DNA of 64,000 nucleotides from Daphnia carinata (Eukaryota): contig NC_081331.1 of assembly GCF_022539665.2 (NCBI RefSeq), positions 12,648,001-12,712,000 on the forward strand. Direction: 5' to 3'. The stretch's first letter is position 1. Each line of letters begins with the position of its first letter. Both the position numbers and the translations under genes were made by a program. Shown piece by piece: positions 50,601 through 63,376 of this stretch. The notes beneath the pieces were generated by a model. The model ran no database searches, was not told where the DNA came from, and saw nothing but the letters and a program-made list of their open reading frames with translations.

Positions 50601-51128
50601 GCGGCCGCATCATGTTCTTGACTTTAGTATCGCTTTGATTTCGCCCCCTCCCGTCTCGTACATCCGTACCCTCCCTCCTCGGCCGCCCTCTCCATTTCTT
50701 AGTCACTTTCGCTCCTCTCTCTATTTATCTTTCGCATTCTTTTGAGTTTCGAAAATCTTCGAGCAAATCGCATTCCCTCTGAGCGCAATTGGCAACTCGC
50801 GGAAGTTTTTGTGCGGAATTCCAATTGCGTTTGTGTCGGTCATTTGCTCCGGCGGGTGCTCCGTTATAGCTCGAGCGCTTGTGTTCCTTTCCATTCCGAT
50901 TCCATTTGGGATCGCTGATCTAAAAAAAAAAAAAAAAAAAAGGGAGAAAAAAGAAAAGATTGGGTTGCATCGATCCATCTAGCAAACAGCGCGGAGCACC
51001 CACCAAGAGGAAGAGAGAGAGAGGAAGACGAACGGGACGTAGTAGGAGAGGGTGGGAGGGATCGGGAGGGGGGGTGGAACGTGAAGCAGGAAAAAAAAGA
51101 GGAAATCGGGAGCCAAAAAGACGGAAAA

Positions 51129-52859
51129 ATGGCCTCGCAATTCTTCAGTCGGCTAAATATGGCCGTTCCACCAATTGGGGCCACTTTGGGAGCAGCTTGG
51201 ACGACGGTGCGTTCTGCCCTGCCCGACTCGTGCGTCAACAGCCAACAAGACGAGCAACTTCATTTCGCCAAATTCGGACGGAAGCCAAACGACACGGAAT
51301 TATCTAATTTGCAGAACAGCGGAGCAGGAGGCAGTTTGCAACGAGTCGATTCGTTTGGGGACGACGAAAGCTGCGGCGGAGGCGAATTCGGCAGTTCGCG
51401 GCACAAGATCTCCGAATGGCAGGCCGGTTGGAATGTCACCAACGCCATCCAGGGCATGTTTGTCGTGTCGCTACCGTATGCCGTCCTGCACGGCGGCTAC
51501 TGGGCCATCACGGCCATGATCGGCGTCGCTTACATCTGCTGCTACACGGGCAAAATCTTGGTCGATTGCTTGTACGTCACCAACGAGGAGGGTCAGTTGG
51601 TCCGTGTACGAGACACGTACGTCTCCATCGCCGAGGAATGTTTCGGCAGGAGAGTCGGGGCCAGGATCGTCAACACTGCCCAGCTGATCGAACTGCTGAT
51701 GACGTGCATCCTCTACGTCGTCCTCTGCGGTGATCTGATGGTCGGCACGTTCCCTGACGGCGCCATCGACACCCGCTCGTGGATGATGATCTGCGGCATC
51801 CTCCTCTTGCCCTGCTCCTTCCTCAAGAACCTGCACCACGTCTCGACGCTCAGCTTTTGGTGCACCATGGCCCATGTGGTCATCAACGTCATGATCATGG
51901 GCTACTGCCTTTGCCAGGCGGCCACCTGGGGATGGTCGCAGGTGTCGTTGCGCATCAACATCTTCACGTTCCCCATTTCGCTGGGCATCATCGTCTTCAG
52001 CTACACGTCGCAGATCTTCTTGCCGGCACTGGAGGGCAACATGAACGACCCCAGCAAGTTCCACTGCATGCTCAACTGGAGCCACGTAGCGGCCGCCATC
52101 TTCAAGTCACTCTTCGGCTACGTCGGATTCCTCACCTGGCAGGAGAACACCCAGGAGGTCATCACCAACAATCTGCCCACACAAGGTTTCAAGGGCGTCG
52201 TCAACTTCATTCTTGTTGTCAAGGTACCTACTTTTGTTATTGCTTACTGATTCTATTTTTGCTCCAGTTTCAATGTACAGTTAGTTTTACCACCAGCTCG
52301 TAATTGAAAAATATCTATAAATGTTGAGTGAACAAGATCTAAATGAATTCTTTCAAGCTCTTACAACGACGTGATGAGCAAGAATTTTGTACACGCTGCT
52401 CTTTGGTGACAAATAATCTCATGATTGGATTGCGCTCATACTTACTAGGCGTTGCTGTCGTACCCTTTGCCTTATTACGCCGCGCTGGACTTGCTGGAGA
52501 GAGCCTTCTTCAAAGGGCGACCGGAGACCACTTTCCCGCGTATGTGGGCCCTGGACGGCGAACTCAAAGTCTGGGGTCTGGCCTTCCGCGTCGCCCTCGT
52601 CGTCTTCACGACCGTCATGGCCATTTCCATCCCACATTTCGCCATCTTGATGGGCTTCATCGGCAGCTTCACCGGCACCATGCTCTCCTTCATCTGGCCG
52701 TGCTACTTCCACCTCAAACTCAAAGGCCCCACCCTCGACTGGGGCACCGTCGCTTACGATTGCTTCGTCATCTTCCTCGGCGTCCTCTTCGGCGTCATCG
52801 GCATTTACTACTCGTTCAGAGCTCTCGTCGAGGCTTTCCAAATCGGTTTGCCCTTCTGA
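51129..52859 (+). CDS. VGAT: Vesicular inhibitory amino acid (GABA) transporter, SLC32 (exons 51129-52223 and 52449-52859)
   Basis: ISEWQAGWNVTNAIQGMF, CCYTGKILVDCLY, QLIELLMTCILY, FSYTSQIFLPALEGNM, LVVK|ALLSYPLPYY and PHFAILMGFIGSFTG. Confidence 0.96.
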
Positions 52860-55166
52860 ACGACATCTACGTGGCTAAAGTGCTGAGTGTTAATCATATC
52901 CAATGTCTTCCAAAAAGAAAAGTGTGAAACCCAAGTCTTCCAAAGAATTTCTCTAAAACGAGGATAATGTGTTCTAGTCATAGCGTTTCCTATTAGTCAT
53001 GAATAGTTTTCCTTCCATCGGTTTTGAAAAATACGTGTCGCATTGATGTTTATATTTCTCTCTCTCTATCTTTACAACTGAAAAAAGGGATATCGTAACC
53101 AAGTCTTCCAAACTCAAAGTTACACAAAAACCTAACAAATGTTTCCAACAGACGTTGGTAAAAAGCCGTGCACGGCTAAATATTATCCGGGGCTTCCTCT
53201 CATTGATTGTCTTTTTGAACATTTCTTCCTCGTACGTGCAGGACCGATCGGTCCCGTTCGTCAGTTCCAACTAAATAATATGTGTGATACGGTCAGCGAG
53301 ATTTGTTCCCAACTCCGCTTCACGTGTTTCATCTTACTGACAAAAAAAACATTCGTTCTTTAGTTGAGAAAAAAAATTTAATGATTCCGGCATTTCAATT
53401 AGCAAGCCACGCCAGACATTTACAAAAAAAAATGAGAAAGATCCTACGTCTTCCAGACAAAACTGTCGCATCTCTCATTCTCACATTTTTTTTTGGCTGT
53501 TTTGCCGTTAGTTAATTAAGTACATTCCCAGCCGGTTACATAGAACTGTGCGGCAGACGTAACATTTTGCATATCAATGACGAAATAAGCAGAAAGTTCT
53601 CCAAATGTCTTCCAATTTGTGCGCTTTGAAACGTTTCGTTCCTGTCCTACTGCCCTAACCCTCTCTATTTGCTATCATCCTTACCATATCAATCGGCTGT
53701 CTTCCAGAACTTGTACAACAACCGAGTGTGTGGAATCGCTAACAAGTTGTGTAGTTGTTTGTCATCGACGTCAAAATATACACGTTAGTTTGAATGTAAC
53801 TATTATACTTACAGGTGCTACAACTCGGAAACCCGATGTCGGCTGCACAAATTGACAACCGGTCTATCACGTGCTGATTAAAGGGAAATAACCAGGGAAA
53901 ATAAATGGGGTTACATTTGGACATTGAACAATTCTGGTTGCAGAATAGCGTGTTTGCTAAGAGGGAAAAGTGGAAACTGATTTCACGGCTAAGAGACTAG
54001 TCTGTTACAAACTACCGTATGCTAACTGTTCTGTTTTTGGTCACGTAAACGCAAAATGTGTTACATCATCAGTTATGCGGCTCTTAGAAAAAGGTCAGGG
54101 AACGTACAAGCCAACAGACAACCGAGGAGAGAGGAGCTTCAGGGGTTTCGTGAACTCGTTATTAAAATTATTTTTTGTGTAGCCGTATGCTGCTAAAGGT
54201 AAAAATGGAATTAAGACAACGGCTGAATTAGAGGCAACACGACCTGAAAATATTAAACAGACGTTTGAAAAGGTAAGGCAATTGATCTTATTAAAGAACT
54301 TGTCTTACATGATAAGTAATTAATTAAAATAAGTCATCAACGAATTATGGTTGTAAATGATGGCTGAATATGTGATTCCGTGAATCTTTCACCTGTGAGT
54401 TTGTTTTTATGACGGAACTACGTGGCTCTGGCTGCTGATCATATGGCTTACGCCAGCAGAGCTGTCCCATTGTAGGGGTTTCTTATCTAAGATTGTCAAT
54501 CAATTTCGGTATCGAAACTTATCGTCGGAATTAAGAGATGATAACAGCGAACATTTCCGTGCTCCAATTTTAGGTCCCATTTGCTCCGGCGAAACGATGA
54601 GATATTTCACTGAAAATGGAATGGCGGCGCAACCTAGTGAGTAACAACGACTCCAACCTTCAAATGTAGTTTGGAGTTTAGAAATGTTTTATTTTGTTGC
54701 AAAAAGCAGCAGGAAAACTGACCATTATGTTACTTTAAAGGTTAACGCGGTCGACCTCTGTGACAAGGAAAATCATTCTTACCTGTGAATGCTAATAGCT
54801 TACGGTGTTCGTTGCGTGTTCATATTTACAATGTTCTCTAAACGCATGGCTTATGAATAGTTTTTTGCCCTTGTTCAGATTTTACATCTTTCGTCGGGCA
54901 AATAACGGATATAAGGTCAAAATAAAGGGTGAGATATTTCAAAATAATATAACGGGAATCTATCCCCCTTTGCACAAGGAATATTAAACTTGCGGTCACA
55001 AATTTGGAACACAGTTTGTATTCCACCATCATCCAATCATAAATGACATTCCTAGTATTGTTCCATATTTCTGTGTTACGTTTCTCGTTCAACGATTCCT
55101 TTACATGCGCAACATATTTATCTTGAGCAAACAGTTATTTCACAAAAGCCACATTTTCATTACGAT

Positions 55167-55694
55167 CTAAAATTTTGATTTGATGCTCTGCTTGATGGCG
55201 TGTTTGCTAAACTTTGAACCCAGACCAGCGTGTAGTGCGCTCTTCAGCGATAATCCTTTAGATACAAAACCCTTTTTGAGTCCAGCCCAACGGTGGCCGA
55301 TGGCACCAGTCGAAGCAGCATGTAATGGTTGTTTGAAGATGCCAGCAGGACGAACAAAGGCTGCGTTTGACTGAATAAAAGCGTTTAACCTGTCAAAGGA
55401 TGGTTTAGTATTTAGTTAAAGCACACTAATAGATTTTGACTAAACTTACGGTGCGTGTGGAAAAGCGATTCCGTTGTTCCAGGGTTCGCATCTTGCTGCA
55501 AAGTTTCCTGATAACAGACCTGGGGAGTTTGTATCTACCACCAGTTTCATTCCTGGTGGACACCGCTCTCCTTTAGTGCCGATCAAGTGACCATGACTAC
55601 CAGCCAATTTGCTATTTTTCCAGTGACAGTTGACCGTAGTTGTCAATGAGCCAACCAAAAGAGCAAAGAAGATTGCGGTGGAGTGAGTTAACAT
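55167..55694 (-). CDS. Small secreted cationic His/Lys/Gly-rich protein (exons 55694-55449 and 55389-55167)
   Basis: Signal peptide MLTHSTAIFFALLVGSLTTTVNC and a phase-2 intron (CC|gtaagt...ttgacag|G) that keeps the frame to ...KHAIKQSIKSKF-stop. An upstream non-coding exon (donor ~55809) and a TATA box at ~55891-55899. Confidence 0.7.
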
Positions 55695-57589
55695 TTTAAA
55701 TGCTGTAAATAAAAATAAAATATTTACAGAGGCCAATATTATTGGTTGAACATAACGGAGATAATGGCAAACGTAAATAAGCTGTGCGCTAGGATGCACT
55801 GTAACTTACCGTTTTCCTTTTTAGTCAGTGAGACACTGAAGACGATGAGATCAACCGAAGAACTGGATGACACTTATCTCTAAAATGTTCTTTATATATT
55901 TGCTGGCATCTGCCATACCTCTAAAATGAAACCTTAAAGTTAAGTTGCATCGCCTGTGAACTGGGGTCATTTTGGAAGTAAAACAAGAAAGAATGGGTCG
56001 CTTTCATGGTCAAGGTCTGTAACGGATTACGGGATTTGCCCGGTTTCGATGCCGACAAGCATTATCTACTTTGTGCGGTACCCTATCTAGTTCACCAAAG
56101 GTCACTGCGGATTAAAACCTCCGGGGAACACGTACCTCCAGTATCATGATCCGCTGCTCCTTCAATCCCTGGTGGATATGAACCGTACAGCTTATAGTAT
56201 CCTATAGTATTAGAAAAACGAACCGTTCGTGTTTCCCCTCTTCCCTTCATTACCACAAGATATAACTGTACGTTTTTAAAAATAATACAATACTAATATT
56301 TAAGCTGAAACTAAAGAACATGAGGTGATATGATTGTCAGTCAGTTGTTGTCCCTCTGAATAGTTATACGTAACCATATTCATCCTAGCAATGTTATTGT
56401 CATGTTGTAATCTAAAAACCAAAATGAATCAAATGGAAGCGCTTTTTTTAATGCACATCTTTTCGTGTGTCCTATCTGACAATGCCCAATAAGGTTAAGC
56501 GTATCTTCAAAGTATGTGGTGGCCTTCTGAGACCGTAGAAGATGAGAAAAACACCTGTTTCGAAAGACAAAAGTCATGCTTGAGAGTGCAAGACCAATAG
56601 AACGCATGGAGGACGACAGATTTTTAAAATGCCCTATACCTGAACAAATTGTTGAAATATATAAAATCCGTCCTTGTGCTAGATTGGCAAAAGAAATGGT
56701 AAGACGATGGCGGCATGCCAACCTTGTGTGCACCTTGTATTTGACTACAACTTTGTGAAGCGTCACTGTTTAAACAATTTTCTCTCTCGTCTTTCCTGAT
56801 TAACCATCGATTTTTATATTATTCAAATCAAACGCTCAGTTCACACACAGCACAAACTTTTTGTGCAATTGCACTTCTATCTGTACCGGAGAAGTACTGA
56901 AATTAGTAACCCAAAAATGTTTCGTTTGTCGAAACGTAGATCATAGGCGATTACGTGAAAAATGGACGTCAAAGACGGGAGTGAAAATATTTTAGTTTCA
57001 TGTATTTCAGCAAATTGTTAAGACCTTCAGTGTTTATCCTTGTAACACATTCAAAAGAAATGGAAAAAAATGGCTAGAATGTCAGCTTGACACATAGCAT
57101 CTGGTATAGTCCGCAATGGCTTTGGAAAAAAACGTGACTCATCATTGAGTAATTTCCTGGATGTTGCGGACAGCACTAAAAAAAAGAGGTACGGACATTT
57201 CTTATAGAAATACGTAAAAAGCCAAGCGCCCACATCGCAGTCCTTCTCTTCCGGCCAGTGGTGCAAGTTGTTTTGTCCGTCCAGTTGAGTCGATTTGGCT
57301 CTGTAGCTTTGGAGTTGTGGGAACCCTTTCACGCTCCAGCTATTGCCATAAATCATAATCACTTTCTATCTGTGTTTTTATTCGTAACGGTTGAACATTC
57401 TTCTCTGCATACATCTATCATCACATAATTTCAAACTCTGTTAAAACGATAAGGTAAGTTTAGTTTGAGCACCATCTAACAGAAGTCAATTTAATTGTCT
57501 TTTCCACGCAAATTACGAAACAAAGTTCTCTAATTAACTTGTGCATCTTTGAACCGACGTACTTTCTTTATTTAGGGATCGGGTACAAA

Positions 57590-59461
57590 ATGGCTCAACT
57601 AGTTTTGATAATGTTTGTCTTAAGCCAGGCTACAGCACTCTGCATTAACGTTACAGCCGCCAGTGTTGAAACCAAAGCGAATGATGCTGATCGTTTGCAA
57701 GAGCTTCATGAAATTCAGGTATAGCATAAAGCAATAAATTAAATTCTTCTTTATTTTCTCTAGGTATGCAAAGTTGGCTTGTTCTATTGTCTCTCATTGT
57801 ATCCATAGGAAGATCTGAAGATGAAATTGAAACAATTCGAGACAATGATGGAATCTGAGGTTGGAAAACTAAAGGAGAAAGTTGAACTTTTGGAGACCAA
57901 AGTTCAGGAGCAGGATGATCTTCTAAAAAAGTGTCAAGCTGGAACTTCTGATGCCATTGGATCTTTAAGAAATGTCGAAGAAAGTAACCTGAAACGAGCG
58001 GTTCTAAACCCTAAAACTTGCTTGGAAGCACGCACTGCTGATCCTTCCCTCGAATCAGGAATGTTTTTCATTGATCCTGACGGTCAAGGCAGAGGCGATG
58101 ATCCCATTTACGTTTACTGCAATATGACCACCGGTAATAATCATTAAATGATATTTGCATAATTAAAAACAGAAAAATCTAAAACGCGTTAATCAAATTT
58201 TCTATAATGAGGATCAACATCCGTACTGCACGACAGTGAAGATTCAATCGCTGTTAGCCATTGTTTCGAACCTGGATGTTACACTCGAGAAATTAAGTAC
58301 AATGCTACTCTTAGACAGATGACGATGCTCAGTGAACTTTCAAACGTTTGCCAGCAATCCATTCAAGTAAGTAAAAGGACCAAACATAATGCTGTTCCTT
58401 ATTTTCGTAGCTATAAATAACTAAACTACATGTTGATACATATCATCAAGGTTGATTGCTATGATGCAGCTTTTGAATTCAACAGCGTACCTTATGCTTG
58501 GTGGAACGACCGCAATGGCGATCCACGGTATTTCTGGTCCGGGATGAATAACAATTCAAGTGGCCGTTACCATACTTGTCAGTGCGGACTGGATGGTTCT
58601 TGTAAAGACAAAAGCCTTTCATGCAACTGCGACAGCGACTTAGCCATCGAATTATCAGACGTTGGTATGAAAATGAACATAATTTTCTATGTGAACTTTG
58701 CAACTCTGTTATCTAACAACAGGAATTCTATCGGAGAAGGATTTATTACCCGTGACAAAGTTGAATTTTGGGCGGACTATCGCCCCCACTTCCATGAACC
58801 GCCACACGCTAGGCCGACTCGAGTGTAACGGAAAAGTTGTACTTAATGGAATGCCCACGTCCTGCCAAGATCTTTGGCGAATTGGTTACACTCTAAGCGG
58901 CATTTATTCCATCAAAGGATCGTCTAACAAAGTTGAAACGGTTTACTGTGACTTTACCAAACTGCCTGGCGATGAAGGTGCATTAATTAAACGTAAATAT
59001 GAATGTCTAAAGAACGTGTGATCTACCATTTGTGTTCAATATCAGAATTGCAGACGTGGATCGGCTACACTGACGTTAAATCGGATCCTGTGCACTTCAC
59101 CGTCGCAAGAAAGACATCGTTTACCACCCTAAACACAGCTATTTCCTTTGATGAGGAAACACTGAACACTGGGAATGCTTTGAACACTTCGACAGGAATC
59201 TTCGCCGCTCCGCGCAACGGGACATATTTCTTTGCGTTTTCAAGTTTCGCTGAAAATCAGTATTCTACGTTGTCGTTTTATCTTCAGTTAAATGATGCGA
59301 CGATTGCAACTTGTATCACTTCGTACGGGTTGTTTTATTGCAATATTCCATTCACGCTAAAATTGAGCACAGGAGACAGAGTTCAAGTGTCCCTTCAACA
59401 AGGATCGACTAATAACGCCATATTCACTGGCTGGCTACTTGCCGAAGACATTTTCAAGTAA
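57590..59461 (+). CDS. Secreted coiled-coil / fibrinogen-like (Caspr/neurexin IV-type) / C1q-domain protein, copy 1
   Basis: Signal peptide, coiled coil, PKTCLE..IDPDGQGRGDDPIYVYCNM, WWNDRNG, CNCDS, PTSCQDLW..VYCDF, and a C1q domain GIFAAPRNGTYFFAF..FTGWLL. Confidence 0.85.
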
Positions 59462-60543
59462 TACTTGAACAAGCTAAGCGGAAAACCCTTAAATGCGCAT
59501 TAATTTTCAGTGTACCCAATTTTACGAACTGATTTCTCCTTACGGAGGCAATTCCTTATCCGGGCTGAAAAGATATGATACAATACAACTTACGCAAATT
59601 CATTAGGCAGCAGCAAATTATTTCTTACGACTTCAGCATTCCGTAAAAAAACACATTTCCTTCGAGGACAAGGAATGAAGAATGTGTGAGTCATTATACA
59701 CGAATTGGGCTTCTATAGGGATCGTATATGTCGGTACGTTGGAAGGACAAGGTGACAGCCCATCAAGCGTTACACGATTATTTCATCGTTATCTAAGCGT
59801 AACCACTCGGTCAGCCATTTATGTGCTCTCACGATATATTTATTGTCGTAACATAGCATGCCCTTGAGTCACATTTTTCGAGCAATAGTAGGACTCGTAT
59901 TGCCTATACGTGTACTACTTTCCTGTAGAGCGAGGATCATCCTTATTTCATAAAAACGTAAGCAAACGCTGTTAACCTTGATCACAAATCAAGTTAAGTA
60001 TTTTGCGCATGGGCTATTTTTTTTTTGGGCCCCATAATGAATGCTCATCTTCTACTTAAAGACATTAAATGGTATCTGCATAATCTACGTGGAAACTAAT
60101 CTTGTAGTGTATTTACTGTTTACCGCCCCATTTTGACGGGCTTAGAAATTTTGTACGCCCTTCCTCTGATATCACTTCAAACTCCTTTGTTTGCATGAAA
60201 CAAACAATTAAAAAAATGCAGAGGGCAGGGTTAGAAAAAGCCTGGTGGTTGCCACATCATCGGCGATCGGAACGTTCACAGTAAGAAAAAGCCGTAAAGC
60301 TTCTGTGTACTACCCCAGCCTCTTAATGTTCGCTATGCAACCCGGTCTTTTATTGGCCGTTAAATAAGTTCAGTGGAAAGTGCAGCAGGTGCGTAGATAA
60401 GATAGCGAAGGCACGTATTTGAATGCAGGTGTCATATCTGCTTTGTTCAATGTAAATGTTTCAGTGTACCCATTTGCGTTCATAACAAACTGAAAGCTCG
60501 TTTCCTCTTTGGAAAAAACTCAAAAAGATCAAATTTCCAAAGC

Positions 60544-62397
60544 ATGGCCGAAAGGCAAAAGTTAATTTTACCTGTAGTGGGTCTGTTGATTTTGATCTTA
60601 CCCTTAGTGATCGTGGCTTTTACCAGCAATGATAACGAGATAAAAGATATTGAACGTTCCTCGACTTCACACAAATTCCAGGTACGAATACTGTAATGGT
60701 TCTAAATTTCCAATGCGCCATTAACAATGTTCTATGGGTTTCGGATTTAAAGGAAGAGCTGTGGATCAAATTCAAACATTTCGAAAGAAAAATGGAGTCT
60801 GAAGTAACAAAGTTGAAGACAAAAGTAGAACTGTTAGAGAGTAAAATTCTGGAGCAGGCTGAACTGTTGAAGGAATGCAAAACCTGCAGTCCAATCACTG
60901 AGACGTTCGACAACGACATGCCTGTCGATCACGTTAAAAATGTAAGGCCCCTCGCAAAGTCAATCCTACAACCGAAGACTTGTTTGGAAGCCCTCACGTC
61001 TGACCCTTCACTAGAATCTGGAATGTATTGGATCGATCCAGACGGACAGGGAAGAGGAGATAACCCCATTTACGTGTACTGCAACATGACTTCAGGTAAA
61101 TGACACATAAAAATAAAAATGATTTGTTTAAATTCCAAATCTTACTACATAGGATCGTCGTCTATACTACATGACAGTGAGAATTCAACTGCTGTTGACC
61201 ATTGCTTCGATCCTGGCTGCTACTCCAGGCAGATTAAGTACAATGCCACGCTTAGGCAAATAACAATGCTAGCTGAATTGTCCAACGAGTGTCACCAGTC
61301 TATCAAAGTCAGTGCAAAATGGTTAACTGAATTTCAGAATTGAATTATGGCTTTATTAGGTTGATTGTTTCGACGCAGCATTTGAGTTCAATGGCATCGC
61401 TTACGCTTGGTGGAATGATCGCAACGGAGATCCTCGTTATTTCTGGTCCGGCACCAACAATAATTCAAGTGCTCACTACCACAGTTGCCAGTGTGGGCTT
61501 GAAGGATCTTGCGTTGACAAAAGCCTTTTGTGCAACTGCGATAGCGATTTAGCGGTGGAATTATCCGATAATGGTATTTGGGAAAACGATGTGAATTTTT
61601 TAGCCTTTTTAACTTGTTGATTATTCTCATATTAAGGAGTGATAACCGATAAGGACTTGTTACCTATCACAAAATTGAATTTCGGACGGACCATTGCTCC
61701 AACTTCGATAAGTACTCACGAAATCGGCCGTTTGGAGTGCAGCGGGAAAGTTGTCCTGAACGGAATGCCGACATCGTGCCAGGATCTTTGGCGCGTTGGT
61801 TACGTTTTAAGTGGATTATATTCCATCAAAGGATCGTCTAACAAAGTGGAAACGGTTTACTGTGATTTCAGTAAACTACCTGGTGACGAAGGTGAAAGAT
61901 TTTGAAGCCACGGGCGATACGAAATACTATAAGAGAAAATTGATTTTTGGACATTAGTTTCATAAATTTTTTTCATTTTTTAAGGACTCCAGGCATGGAT
62001 TGGATACGCCGATGTTAAATCGGAGCCTGTCTATTTTAATGTTGGAAGAAACACTTCCTTCCGCTATTCAAGTACGGCAATGCCTTTCGAACAAGAAATT
62101 TTGAACGTCGGTAATGCTTTCGACTTGCCGTCGGGAACGTTCGTCGCTCCTTGCAATGGAACATACTTCTTTGCATTTGCTAGCTTTGCAGAGAATTCCT
62201 ATAGTTCTTTTTATTTTTCTCTTATGTTGAATAACGTTCAAATTACGAGTTGCTACTCTTCATATACACTTTATTATTGCCACATAGTGTACACTCTAAA
62301 ACTAAGCTCCGGAGATCAAGTTCAGATGTTTCTTCAGCAAGGATCAACGAATAATGCTATATTTACTGGTGCATTACTCGCAGAAGATATTTTCTAA
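60544..62397 (+). CDS. Tandem paralog of the fibrinogen-like/C1q protein, copy 2
   Basis: Same 6-exon layout and motifs: YWIDPDGQGRGDNPIYVYCNM, WWNDRNGDPRYFWSG, PTSCQDLW, GTFVAPCNGTYFFAF and FTGALLAEDIF. Confidence 0.85.
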
Positions 62398-63376
62398 ACT
62401 TTGTGTCTGAAAACGAAAGAATCCTATTTCTAATTTATTTTTTTGGAATGCTGATGTAACACAGTGGACCTTTCATGTGTAGAAGAGAACAAGCACAGCA
62501 AAATACAACAGATTTGCCCTAGCATTTTCAATAGTTTATCAAACTGGTCTATCCTTCTAATGGACTTAAGTAAAAGCGGTTTTCAAAGCTATTAGCCCCG
62601 ACGTCGGGAAAGAGTTGAACTAATTCACCAATTTTGAAATGTTTCTGTTAGAAGGCTATCCAATTTTAAGACTTTGTCCTTTCTTATTGCCACCCATTTC
62701 GCCCCTCCTAAACTGTTCATATTTTGCTTCCCTTTTTTTATTTTTTTCCTGTCATATTACCTTACGGATGCTCACGTAAAAGAATAGCGGCACTTTCCTT
62801 TTGTGCTCATTAACAACTCTTTCAGGGTTTCGCAAGCCCACGCATTTTTTGTTTCATTTTTTCTGCGACAAGCAATATTTTAGGCAATAATGGCATATGG
62901 CAAATGGAGTAAGATTTCTTGAACAATCTTGTAAACGGGGCCTTAATATTTTTCGTGCACGAAGAGCGAGAGAGAGACAACAGAGAGAGTGCCCTCCTAG
63001 CAGCAAGGAATTCTCAAACAATAGAGAATTATGAGACCACAAGCGAAAGAAAGTTTGTTTGGCTACTGGACCTAAATTTGTTTAAGCTGGCCTTGCATTT
63101 GCAGATTCACTGGTATGAAGAGTAAGGTTATTCGTTGACTGGGTTTCATTTTCTTTCACCTTCACTAGACCACTCGACTGTTTAAAAAGGCGAGCACTTG
63201 GTCAGTGTTCATCAGCATCGATCTAGCACTCAGAAAAGAAACAACAGTTCTTCTGGTAAACATTAAAAAAGTAAACGAAATATATTTAGCTTTACTTCAT
63301 TTATATCTTTTCAGTATTATACCCCAAACTACATTTGGCACTACCCCAAAGTCTAACGATTTAGCGCAATTCAGCC

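Noticed and set aside
52370..52448. GTGATGA C box in the VGAT intron
   Set aside because: No downstream CTGA D box within the intron.
51175..52927. Long antisense and alternative-frame ORFs over VGAT
   Set aside because: Expected from high GC3, which depletes stop codons in other frames.
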